From the NCBI RefSeq assembly GCF_035984695.1, contig NZ_JAXCHU010000001.1:264590-328589 (forward strand): a stretch of DNA of 64,000 bases, given 5' to 3'. Source of the stretch: Glaciihabitans sp. GrIS 2.15 (GTDB lineage: Bacteria > Actinomycetota > Actinomycetes > Actinomycetales > Microbacteriaceae). The translations under genes were made by a program, and so were the position numbers. Below are positions 43,370 to 54,989 of the stretch, piece after piece; within the stretch, counting starts at the first letter, position 1, and each line of letters starts with the position of its first letter. The notes under the pieces were generated by a model that searched no databases, was not told where the DNA came from, and was given only the letters and a program-made list of their open reading frames with translations.

Positions 43370-46275
43370 TTACCGTACTTTCCGGGTGACAGATAAAACA
43401 AGTTCTTCGGATGAGGCGCCAAGGCTGATCGTTCGGTCACCCGATCCAATTACCCACTTCTGACCGACTGTGTCCCAGGCGGATACCTGCTGCCGGTCGA
43501 CGTGGAGGGTTTGCGTCTCCGACTGACCGGCGGCCAGTTGGATGTGATCGAACTGCACCAACTTCTGTGCGGACTGTTGGAATCCGCCAGTCACGATGCC
43601 ATTGGCGTCATAAGTCGGTACGGCAAGATCGGGGGAAGCTCCGATGTACACCTGAGGTGAGTCTGCGCCGTCTTTCTTGCCCGTGTTCTTGACGGTGAAT
43701 CTGATGTCAAGCCCGCCGTCCTTCGCGTTCTTCACGTGAAGACCAGAGTACCGAAACGTCGTGTAGGAGAGCCCGAAACCGAACGGGTAAAGCGGCTTAT
43801 AGCCATTTACGTTCGCGCTCGGGTCGGTGTACCAGCGGTAGCCCACATCGACTCCGTCTGTCCATTTGATTGACGGTGTGGTCTCCGTTCCGGTCTGCGT
43901 TCCTGTGGTGCGCTCGAGATTGCCGGAAAAGGGCGTGGCTTCGTCGTTCTTGGGGAACGTCATCGGGAGTTTGCCGGATGGGTTCACCAGACCGTAGAGC
44001 AGGTTGGAGGTTGCCTCGCCGCCCCGTTCGCCCGGGTACCACATCTCGAGGACGGAATCGACGTTGTTGACCCAGGGCAGCATCGCTACAGCGGTTCCGG
44101 AGTTGAGGACGACAACGGCTTTGTGGCCGGCCGCATGGGCTGCGGCACTCACGGTGTTGATGAGGTCTACCTGCGTCGCGTTGAGGATCCGAAGGGCGGC
44201 CGACGTAGACGAGTTCGGTCCGGCACCCTGAGTGATCCCTGGGGTGGAATCATCCACGAAAATGACAGTCTCATCGTTCGCCTTCGCCGCCGCGACCGCT
44301 TCGGCTGTGTTCTGTGCCAGGGGGGCCCAGGCGAAGCGGACCGTTGGTGCCGTGGCTGTTGTCATGGTCGGTTTGTAGGTGAAGCTGATCTTGTGCGGTC
44401 CGACCGACAGTTCCAGGCTCACGCCCAGGTTCTGCTTGCCGAGATACTGGCCATTGGACGCTCGCACCCCGCCAGGGAATGCGTTCTGAAGGATGTTCCC
44501 TCCGGGGTTCACGATCGTCTGCGCAGCATCATCAACGCTGAGGCTGAGCGGCTCCGGCGGAGCATTGCGGCTGGCCTCCTGCTGGATGCCGCCGTTGTAC
44601 GCCGACTTGTTGCCTGTGTCGATACCGTATGGCCGCTGGAGAAGCAGCCCATAGGTGTCGGCTGTGGTGACGTTCAGGTAACCGGTCCAGGTGTACTGGC
44701 CGCCCTTGGCAAGGGTCGTCTGCTGGCCGTCAATGGTGCTATCCACGGTCGTGGAGCCGTCGGTGCTCGTGCGGGTGAGGCCGGGCAGGGCGTTTATGTC
44801 CTTCGACACTCTCAGGTTGGCGGTGGGGACGGTCTCCCCGATCCAATCCACGCCCGGTGCGGATGTGACGTTCGCCGAACCCACCTGCGCCGTGATGGCC
44901 ATGAGCGGGCTGTATTGGACCTGATCGCCAAAGCCGCGAGCTCGTTCGCCGCCCGGGCTTGCGGGTAGGAGCGTCGAGGTGGGGCCGACGACCGCCACTG
45001 TTTTGTTCGTTGATAGGGGAAGCGCATCCCTGTCATTCTTCAGGAGAACACCGCTTTCCTCGGCTAGCGCCAGAGCGACATTATCGCCACTCTGCTTGTC
45101 AACGCTCGTGCCGTTGTAGGTGGATGTGACGTCACCGTGCTGTGGTACTCCAGACTCGGAGGCAGCGGGAATCTTGCTGTTGTCAAGCAGGCCGAAGCGC
45201 TCGTACTCGTACAGCATGCGCGCGACCGCATTGGCCGTCGCAGCGGCATAAGGGGCACTGAAGGATGATGAAGTCAAGTCGATGAGCGGGACCAGCGTGG
45301 ACGCCGACAGGTTGCTAGAGGCGAACTCATTGTCCATCCCAGCCAAAACGTCCGACGTAGCCTTGCTGGCGGTGTAGTCAGACGTGATGAAACCCTTGAG
45401 TTGGAACTGGTTTTTGACGATGTTAGTGAGGAGATTGGAGTTCGAGCAGGCGTACTGTGATGCGCTTTGCTCGCCGACAATCTGGAAGATCGCGTAGGAG
45501 CACATTACTGAGCTGACGCCGCCCTGCTGGATCGCGGACTGCGCTGGTGCGAGATAGATTTCGTGGGCCGCCTGTGATCCGATCAGCGACGGTGTGTCTC
45601 GATCTTGGCCGTTGTAGAACGACACGTGTTTGACCTGTGACATGAGACCGGTGCTCTGAATGCCGTTGATCTCGGCCGCGGAGAACTGAGAGGAGACATA
45701 CGCGTCTTCACCATTCGTCGTCAAATTCCTTGACCAGGAAGGGTAGCGCGCCATATCGACCTGGGGACCGTAAACGAGATCTACGCCCAGAGCCCTCCCT
45801 TGTTTTCCGACCTCTTCACCGAGCACGTTGTACGCATTGCGGTCGAAGGAAGAGGCGAGACCAAGTCGGGTCGGGAACGCTGTTCCGTCGGCGTACACGT
45901 TGATGCCCAAGGCGTCAGCGTGCCGGATTGCGGGGATGCCAAGTCGAGGAACCCCGGCCAGGTAGCCAGCTTGGCCGTGTTTATCTGGATCGATGCCGTG
46001 CTCGATAACGGTAACCTCTTCGCCCGGGGTCATCTGGGAAAGAAGATATTTGACGGTCTTCGTGAATGGGGCGTCCGAGGCGGTAGCCGGTGAGACCCGG
46101 GGGGTGGGCGCCGGGGTTGGCTGTGCGGCGGCCGCCGCCAGTGTTCCCGAGGTCATGCTCAACACGAGTGCAATTCCGACACCCCCTGCGCACATGGACA
46201 GCGCGGTCTTTGCGACCCTTCTGTCACGTCGCCCTTGATTGCTGATCTGATTCACGGTTGTCCTCTCTGACACCA
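43370..46275 (-). CDS. secreted glycoside hydrolase family 3 (beta-glucosidase/beta-xylosidase-like) with PA14-like insert and C-terminal Fn3-like domain
   Basis: ~968 aa. Twin-arginine-like signal (GRRDRRVAKTALSMCAGGVGIALVL). GH3 N-domain with GFITSDY (nucleophile Asp). The ORF track start at 46369 is probably too long; I placed the start at the in-frame ATG near 46275. Confidence 0.75.
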
Positions 46276-46497
46276 TTACCGGATTGATCCAACTCTTCAG
46301 AGTCATCTTCGACCCGGAAGCAAGCATCCTCGGCGTCTCTACTGCTATGCGCGGAAGAGTTGCGGACACCGAAGTTGACGCAAGTCAACCTCGAAACTTC
46401 CTGTCAGTCAATGCCTGAAAGACTGCATTTTGTACTTTTTTTTGGCCATTCATCGCAAAAAAAAATATATTGGCTCCGACATACTGCTTATGCTGAC

Positions 46498-47655
46498 ATG
46501 GTGATCGATGTCAGAGCTGTCGCCCCGCGAGAGAGGGCCCTTGAAGACCTTTACGACCGTATTCGGCGTGCCCCTGAGGGACTTTCTCGTTCAGAACTGG
46601 CCTCATCGGCGTCGATGTCGCCAAGCGGTGTCACGTTCCTGGTGCGAAGGCTTTTACGCGAGGGCCGTGTGGTGGAGGTCGACCCTCTCCTTCGAGGCAA
46701 GGGATCGGGGAGCGGTCGACCGGCTCTACGTCTGCGCCCGACTCCATTGTCGGGATGGGTAGCGGGCATCGATTTTGGCCACAAGCACATTTCCGTGGCC
46801 CTGGCTGATGGTTCTGGCGCGGAGATTGCGAGCGCGATGACGTTGCTGAACGTCGACTTGAACGCGCAGGAGGCAATGAATGCGGCCTGCGACCTTCTCG
46901 ACGGGTTGTGTACAAAATACGAAGTCGGCGATCTTGTCACGATTGTGGCGGGTATCCCTGGCCCCGTGGACGCGCAACGCGGAGTGGTCCGATCCCCCAC
47001 TATTTTATCGGGCTGGGTCGGGCTTGATCCGGCTGCGGAGCTGGAGCGGCGCTTGGGGCACGGCGTGCTGGTCGAAAATGATGCTGTCCTCGGCGCGATC
47101 GGGGAACATCGTCGCGGTGTGGCAGCCGGGCATGATGACGTTCTTTACGTGAAAATTTCCGACGGCATCGGAGCGGCACTCATTCTGGGAGGCCGAATCT
47201 ACAAAGGCTCAGCAGGATTAGCTGGTGAGATAGGGCACAATCGTCTCGAAAACAACGCAGAGCTGTGTCGCTGCGGTAGCCGAGGGTGTCTTGAGGCAGT
47301 GGTTTCAGTCGACAGAGTCGTCGCGCAGCTAGCCCACAGTCACGAAGGCGTCACCATCGACCGAATCGACAGCCTCCCCTTTGCAGACGAAATCACGGAT
47401 CGCATCTTCAGCGACGCCGGTCGCACTGTTGGTCAAGCCTTGTCGTCGCTGTGCAACCTGCTCAACCCCAGTCTGTTAGTGGTCGGCGGCGCACTCGGAA
47501 CGGCCAATCCTGCGCTCCTCACCGGCATCAGACTGGGTATCGATCAGTATGCGCAACCTGCAGCAGCTCAAGGAATGACCGTTGCAGCGGCAGAACACGG
47601 AAGCCGGGCCGAACTCGTTGGGGCGCTTTGTCTCGCCGCCCGTGCAACGTTTTGA
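46498..47655 (+). CDS. ROK-family transcriptional regulator (NagC/XylR-like)
   Basis: N-terminal wHTH (LSRSELASSASMSPSGVTFLVRRLLREGRV). ROK sugar-kinase-like fold (GIDFGHKHISVALAD...). Zn site (CRCGSRGCLE). Divergent from the GH3 gene. Confidence 0.8.
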   Translation: MVIDVRAVAPRERALEDLYDRIRRAPEGLSRSELASSASMSPSGVTFLVRRLLREGRVVEVDPLLRGKGSGSGRPALRLRPTPLSGWVAGIDFGHKHISVALADGSGAEIASAMTLLNVDLNAQEAMNAACDLLDGLCTKYEVGDLVTIVAGIPGPVDAQRGVVRSPTILSGWVGLDPAAELERRLGHGVLVENDAVLGAIGEHRRGVAAGHDDVLYVKISDGIGAALILGGRIYKGSAGLAGEIGHNRLENNAELCRCGSRGCLEAVVSVDRVVAQLAHSHEGVTIDRIDSLPFADEITDRIFSDAGRTVGQALSSLCNLLNPSLLVVGGALGTANPALLTGIRLGIDQYAQPAAAQGMTVAAAEHGSRAELVGALCLAARATF

Positions 47656-47899
47656 CCGCCGGATACGCCGACGCTGCAGGTCGTTGCCGCTGTACTCGCA
47701 CCGAAAGGTAGATGAAGGTCGGCACGGACGATCGCCATTCAGTCTCCCAGGTCAGCCCGCGCGCCCCGGTGGCCTCCATCGCGGCGACCTCATCACAGGA
47801 ACCCTCAGCCAATCCGCCATCGGGACGCTGGTGGAGCGCAGCAGCCACGACATCTTGCTCGTGCACGTCCAGAACGACCGCACTGCCAAACGGTTCGCG

Positions 47900-48140
47900 A
47901 TAGTCTCATCAAAACGATCAGTACGCTTCCGGCACACCTCCGCGGTTCGCCCATCTGGGATCACGGAACCAAGATGGCCGAACACGACGCATTCCGAGTC
48001 GCCAGCAGCATGGATGTGTTCTTCTGCGAGCAAGTAAGCTCATCGCAGCGCGGCAGCGCGGCAGCTCAGCAGCTCAGCTCGCGACCGCGAAAGACACTCG
48101 ATGGGCACAGACCAGCTGAACGGATCCGTGATCTATCGAG
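47900..48140 (+). mobile_element. IS30-family transposase C-terminal remnant (degenerate)
   Basis: ..MAEHDAFRVASSMDVFFCEQVSSSQRGS..KTLDGHRPAERIRDLS loosely matches the IS30 tail ([32 protein letters not shown]). Confidence 0.3.
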
Positions 48141-48280
48141 TGCTTCGTAAACGCGGTGTCGCACTGATCGTTTGACGTGAGGGTACGCCACCCCTTCGGC
48201 GACCAACCGGATGGCGCCAAGACGACGCAGAGGTGCCTTAACTGTCCGGCCCGCGCCTCGATCGCCAAGACGGATTTGGA

Positions 48281-48356
48281 GGGTGCTGGAGTTCGCCCCG
48301 TTAGCCATTCGAATACTTGCGCATTGATCGATCAGTGGACACTTATTCGACAGTTC
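48281..48356 (+). repeat. degenerate duplicate of the tRNA-Ala 3' end plus flanking sequence; candidate attR remnant
   Basis: GGGTGCTGGAGTTCG-CCCCGTTAG-CCATTCGAATAC aligns with tRNA 27941-28003 (GGGTCAGGGGTTCGAATCCCCTTGG...CCATTCCGAAAC). GACACTTATTCGACAGTTC (48338-48356) matches GACATTTATTCGACAGTTC (28033-28051) at 18/19 positions. Confidence 0.45.
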
Positions 48357-48524
48357 AGGCCCGGCGAGACTGACCTAGACGAGCCGAGAATGCATCTTGG
48401 ATGCACGAACAGCCCCCGTAATCATTGAGATTGCGTGGGCGTTTGTGTGCCTGCACTCCGGTGTAGAGAAAAACTACGCCGGATGTAGACGCGATGCACA
48501 GAAATACTTCCGAGCCTTCGTTGG

Positions 48525-49709
48525 ATGAGTTCTTCCCTCACGGCCGAGCGCACGTCAGTCAACGCCCATACAAAAGCCGGGGGACCCGGGACCCGTCTCA
48601 CCGCTCTAGATGGACTGAGAGGAGTGGCTGCGATAGTCGTAGTGCTCTACCATCTCTTCCTCGTAGCGGAGTCAGTGTTGCGCCGGCAGGGAGGGTCCGG
48701 AGTCGGTAGCCCGTTATGGTTCATGTCGCAAACACCGCTTAAACTCATGACAGCCGGATCGGAAGCGGTGCTCGTGTTCTTCGTCTTGAGCGGGCTGGTG
48801 GTCGCCCTGCCGGCGTTGAAACCCGGCAGCTTTTCGTGGTCAGGTTTCCTGAGTGGCCGGCTGGCGAGACTCTATTTGCCGGTGTGGGTGTCAATCGTCA
48901 TTGGAACGCTACTCATCTGGCTGATCCCGCGAGATGATTCAACGGTGGGCCAAGGGACGTGGATGGACACTTCCCAGGCGACATCGACGAACTGGAGCAC
49001 TTTTCTCACAGAGGCCAGTCTCATCCGCTTCTCCTACGACCTGAACAATGTGCTCTGGTCGTTGCGGTGGGAGCTGCTGTTCTCCGTTCTGCTTCCCCTC
49101 TTTTTGGCACTGGCTGTCGTGACCGCCCGGTACTGGGTGATCGCCCTCACCGCGGCTGTCGCCCTCAGCACGATCGGCGTTCTTAGCGGTATCGATGGGC
49201 TCCGGTACCTTCCGGTATTTTTCATCGGCACTTTGATGGCGGTGCGGTTGGAAGCGATTCGGGAGTGGATGAGGCGCCGCCTGCTCAGACGGCGTTCCAC
49301 CCTGTGGGGCGTGGCACTGGCTGGGGGGCGCGCTTCTGCTGCTTATCTGCCAATGGCTCCTGCGACCACCGGTACCGGCTGGCTCCGTCGCGGGTGCGCT
49401 TCTGGCCCAGCTCTCGGTGCTCGGTGCCGCCGGTGTGGTGCTGGCCGCCATCGGTGTGCCCCCTGTGCGTGCCGCGCTGGAGGCCAGGGCACCCCAGTGG
49501 CTCGGCAGAGTCTCGTTCAGCCTCTATCTCATCCATATGCCTCTCCTTGCCACCCTCACCTTCATGTTTGGGGACGATCGCTGGTGGCTCGTGGCGCTGA
49601 TCACGGTTCCGCTGGCCGTGCTTGCGGCCTGGGGATTCAATCGGGTGATCGAGGGTCCGTCCCAACGATTGGCGCCGCACATCAGCGGCTCGGTGTCAAG
49701 ACGCCTTGA
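48525..49709 (+). pseudogene. acyltransferase family 3 (OatA/OafA-like) membrane protein, frameshifted in a G6 run
   Basis: N-terminal acyltransferase-3 TM region (LDGLRGVAAIVVVLYH...). The true C-terminus is in frame +1 (49417..49728: ..VSFSLYLIHMPLL..). The frames join if the G-run at 49323-49328 had 5 Gs, giving ..WGVALAGGALLLLICQ.. Confidence 0.7.
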
Positions 49710-49975
49710 TGCCCGCCGGGCGGGATAGTCACCGGGTCGGTCCGCCTTGCGGATCAGTCGCGAAGAGCGGGCGTCAGCACGACGCGGGCGGGCATCCGGG
49801 CTTCTTCAATCATTTCGAACCGACTGTTGACGAGATCTGTTCTGTCTGGCACTCTGCAACGAAGTTCAGTGGTGCAGAACCCACCGCCGATGTCGAAAGC
49901 TGAGTCCCGTATGCCCCGCGCTGCCATCCTGTCATCCGCCACCCGATCTGCCCCACATCGCCTCGGAACCCGTCG

Positions 49976-51079
49976 ATGAAGGCGATCCTGTTCGAGGCAC
50001 CCGGATCGGATCCCATCTTCACCGACGTCGAACTCGCAAAGCCGCAGTCCAGCGAAGTGGAAGTGACCATCACAGCGGCAGGAGTGTGCCATTCCGACCT
50101 ACATGTCGTCTCGGGCGACTGGGACATCGCGACTCCTGTGGTGCTCGGCCACGAAGGGTCGGGAATCGTCAGCGCTCTCGGCCCCGGGGTAACCGACCTG
50201 AGCATTGGCGACCATGTCGTGCTTTCCTGGGTGCCAAGTTGCGGCACCTGCCGCTACTGCCTGGCCGGCCGACCAGCACAGTGCTCTCTGGTCGCCTCGG
50301 TGGTGGCGCCCCTCGGTGTGCTGCACGATGGCACCAGCAGGCTCTCGAAGGACGGTCGCACGCTTCATCACTACCTCGGCGTCTCATCCTTTGCCGAGCG
50401 CGTGGTGGTGCCAGTGTCCGGGGCGATCCGGGTACGGATGGATGCCCCGCTCGACGTGCTCGCCCTGGTCGGCTGCGCTGTCGCTACCGGCGTCGGCGCC
50501 GTCACGAAAACCGCGAACGTACAACCGGGCTCCACCGTCGCGGTCATCGGGTGCGGCGGGGTCGGACTCTCCTGCGTGCAGGGTGCTCGTCTGGCCGGGG
50601 TGTCCCGGATTATCGCGGTCGACATCATGCCGGAGAAGCTCGAACTCGCCCTTCGCCTCGGGGCCACCGACGCGATCGACAGCAGCAGCACGGATGCCGT
50701 GGCCGCGCTGACGGAAATGGTTCCGGAAGGTCTCGACTATGTGTTCGACGCCATCGGCAAGATCTCCACTACGGAGCAGGCGATCGCCGCGCTCGGCCTC
50801 GGAGGGTCCGCGGTGATCGTCGGCTTACCACCCACCGGCCAGCACGCGCGATTCGACCCATTAGCTCTCGCCGAGGCCGACCAGCGCATCCTCGGCTCCA
50901 ACTACGGATCCGTCGTTCCTCAGAGAGACATCCCCTGGCTCGTCGACCTCTATCTGAGCGGCGACCTCGATCTCGACTCCCTGGTCTCTGCGCGCCGGCC
51001 GTTGTCGGAAGCACCAGCAGCCCTCGTGGATCTCGCCGCGGGACACGCTCTTCGCCATCTGCTCGTCCCCTCGATCTGA
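49976..51079 (+). CDS. zinc-dependent alcohol dehydrogenase family protein (class III / mycothiol-dependent formaldehyde dehydrogenase-like)
   Basis: 367 aa. GVCHSDLH. GHEGSGIV. Structural Zn cysteines (CGTCRYCLAGRPAQC). Rossmann motif GCGGVG. Confidence 0.8.
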   Translation: MKAILFEAPGSDPIFTDVELAKPQSSEVEVTITAAGVCHSDLHVVSGDWDIATPVVLGHEGSGIVSALGPGVTDLSIGDHVVLSWVPSCGTCRYCLAGRPAQCSLVASVVAPLGVLHDGTSRLSKDGRTLHHYLGVSSFAERVVVPVSGAIRVRMDAPLDVLALVGCAVATGVGAVTKTANVQPGSTVAVIGCGGVGLSCVQGARLAGVSRIIAVDIMPEKLELALRLGATDAIDSSSTDAVAALTEMVPEGLDYVFDAIGKISTTEQAIAALGLGGSAVIVGLPPTGQHARFDPLALAEADQRILGSNYGSVVPQRDIPWLVDLYLSGDLDLDSLVSARRPLSEAPAALVDLAAGHALRHLLVPSI

Positions 51080-51131
51080 GGTGCGGAGGGCGCCGGTACA
51101 TGTGCCGACGAGTTGTACTAGGTCGATCTTG

Positions 51132-51147
51132 ATACCCTGGGGGGTAT
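51132..51147 (+). promoter_or_regulatory. candidate CsoR/CstR-family operator (imperfect palindrome ATACCC-TGGG-GGGTAT)
   Basis: GATACCCTGGGGGGTATAC lies ~210 nt upstream of the CoADR-RHD start. It resembles GC-rich ATACCC...GGGTAT operators described for CsoR-family repressors. Confidence 0.5.
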
Positions 51148-51357
51148 ACTTGTCTCAGCGCCAAATGAGCCAGAGGAGAACCCGATGTGAAGAGCAGTAA
51201 CCTGCAAGACCTGCGGAAAGACCACCTGGGCGGGATGTGGAGAGCACGTCGACCAGGTCATGAAGAAGGTACCTGCTGCCGACCGCTGCCCCGGTCACGC
51301 GACAGAACCGGCACCGGCATCCTTCCTCTCTCGTCTGTTCAAGCGATAGAGGGCGCA

Positions 51358-53336
<1,979 letters not shown>

Positions 53337-53400
53337 GTGCGCGGCCCAAACCCCACCAGACCGGGATGGATGAGTCAGGCCAAACTTCGGGGGCCCGGAA

Positions 53401-54822
53401 TCAAGCGCCCGACGGCAGCAGGTCCGACTGTGGCGGGAAGGCCGGCCTCGGGTCGGCCATCTCCACCGTGCGTAAGCCTTCGTGACGCGCCTCCAATTGG
53501 GCAACCACGAGGGCGGCGAGGTCCTGAAGATTTGCGACCTCGGTCGCCGTTGTCGTGCGCGGGGTGAAGTCAAGCACCGAGAGAGTACCGATCGTCTGTC
53601 CGTCGTTTCGTTTTAATGGCACTCCAACGTAGAACCGTAGGCCGAGCGGCCCGGTGAACAGATGGTTGTCCTGCGAGCGCGGGTCGGTCTGGCCGTCTTC
53701 GATGATCACCGGCTCGGCGCGCGGAATTGTCGCCGTCCTGAGGTCGACTTCGCGTGCGATCTGCCCGACTTCCGGGCCATAGTGCGATCGGAACCACGTG
53801 CGGTCGTGGTCGACGACGCTCACTATCGATATCGGCGCGGAGAACAGGCGGGCCGCCATCGCCGTGACGCGGTGAAGGGCCTCATCCGGGATCGTGTCGA
53901 GGATCGCGGAGCGATCGCTCGAGGGGTCGGGGTCAGAAGGGTAGAAAGTGTCGGCTTCGGTGTCCTCCTGGCGGGCGCTGTCGGCGATTACCACCTGCTG
54001 GAGCATCGACACGAGTTCCAGGCCGACCGGCCGTTGCTCGGGGTCGCGCGCGGTCATTGCCGAGAGCAGGGCGTGCCAATGCGGCGGCAGAAAATCCGGG
54101 ATCACCGGGCCACGCGACAGTCGCGCCATCGCCGACTCCACCATCGAGCCCGGAAATTCAATCGCGCGCGTGAAGCTCTGCAGAAGCACGAGGCCGAGTG
54201 AATAGACGTCGCTGGAGGGGGTGAGCGGCGCACCGGCAACCTGCTCGGGGCTGAGGTATGCGGCGGTTCCGGTGGTCACGCCCTCGGCCGTCATCCGCTC
54301 GATGTCGTCAGATAACGCGATGCCGAAGTCGGTGAGTTTAGCCCGTGCGCGCGGTGCATCGCTGCCGTAGTCCACCAGAAGGATGTTGGCCGGCTTGATA
54401 TCGCGATGAAGCACGTTTCGTGCGTGGATATATTCAAGGGCCTCCGCCATGTCGTACCCGATCTCGGCGATGTGGCGCGAAGCGATGGGAGAGACCAGGA
54501 TGCGCTCGTGGAGGTTCTGCCCGGTGACGAGAGCCATCACGAGGTAACGTCGGCTGCGCCCGAAATCATCGCGATCGACACCCGCGTCGTAGAGGTTGAC
54601 GACGCCGTGATGGTCGAGGCTCGCCAGTACGGCGAGTTCGCTCTCCTGCCGGGCGGGATCGTGGGAAATCGAATCGAAGAGCTTCACGGCGACGGCGCGC
54701 CCGAGTGCTTCGTCCGTCGCTCGGTACACCGTCGCCATTCCGCCGAATCCGATGGCGGTTTCGATGCGATAACGCTCCCCGAGCAGCCGGCCGGCCATGT
54801 TTTCTGATGCTGGACCGCTCAT
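53401..54822 (-). CDS. serine/threonine protein kinase with C-terminal GAF domain
   Basis: Kinase subdomains (GFGGMATVYRA..AVK; HRDIKPANIL; DFGIA; GTAAYLSPE). C-terminal GAF-like domain (..APISIVSVVDHDRTWFRSHYG...GVPLKRNDGQTIGTLSV). Confidence 0.8.
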   Translation of the reverse strand: MSGPASENMAGRLLGERYRIETAIGFGGMATVYRATDEALGRAVAVKLFDSISHDPARQESELAVLASLDHHGVVNLYDAGVDRDDFGRSRRYLVMALVTGQNLHERILVSPIASRHIAEIGYDMAEALEYIHARNVLHRDIKPANILLVDYGSDAPRARAKLTDFGIALSDDIERMTAEGVTTGTAAYLSPEQVAGAPLTPSSDVYSLGLVLLQSFTRAIEFPGSMVESAMARLSRGPVIPDFLPPHWHALLSAMTARDPEQRPVGLELVSMLQQVVIADSARQEDTEADTFYPSDPDPSSDRSAILDTIPDEALHRVTAMAARLFSAPISIVSVVDHDRTWFRSHYGPEVGQIAREVDLRTATIPRAEPVIIEDGQTDPRSQDNHLFTGPLGLRFYVGVPLKRNDGQTIGTLSVLDFTPRTTTATEVANLQDLAALVVAQLEARHEGLRTVEMADPRPAFPPQSDLLPSGA

Positions 54823-54989
54823 GACACCCTCTCTCTCCGCTCAGTGTATTTACGCCGGCCTGCCCGCGACAGTTTGTGCGAAGGGGTTGACAGGAAGGAG
54901 GATTTCGGTGGGTACTGAGTGTGCAGGACCTTTGACCCTCTCACGGTCTCCTACGGGCTCGAAGCTGGAATACGACGAGAGGACCGGCG

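Noticed and set aside
51191-51349. Cys/His-rich peptide (..TCKTCGKTTWAGCGEHVDQVMKKVPAADRCPGH..) in the CoADR-RHD leader that looks like a zinc ribbon
   Set aside because: No start codon before the Cys motif. GC3 is ~65%, well below coding regions here. The overlapping frame is equally open. Most likely untranslated leader.
51187-51357. N-terminal extension of the CoADR-RHD ORF from GTG 51187
   Set aside because: Poor codon bias. An ATG at 51358 with an SD (AGAGGG) matches the conserved CoADR N-terminus MVSMTPMRTVIVGG.
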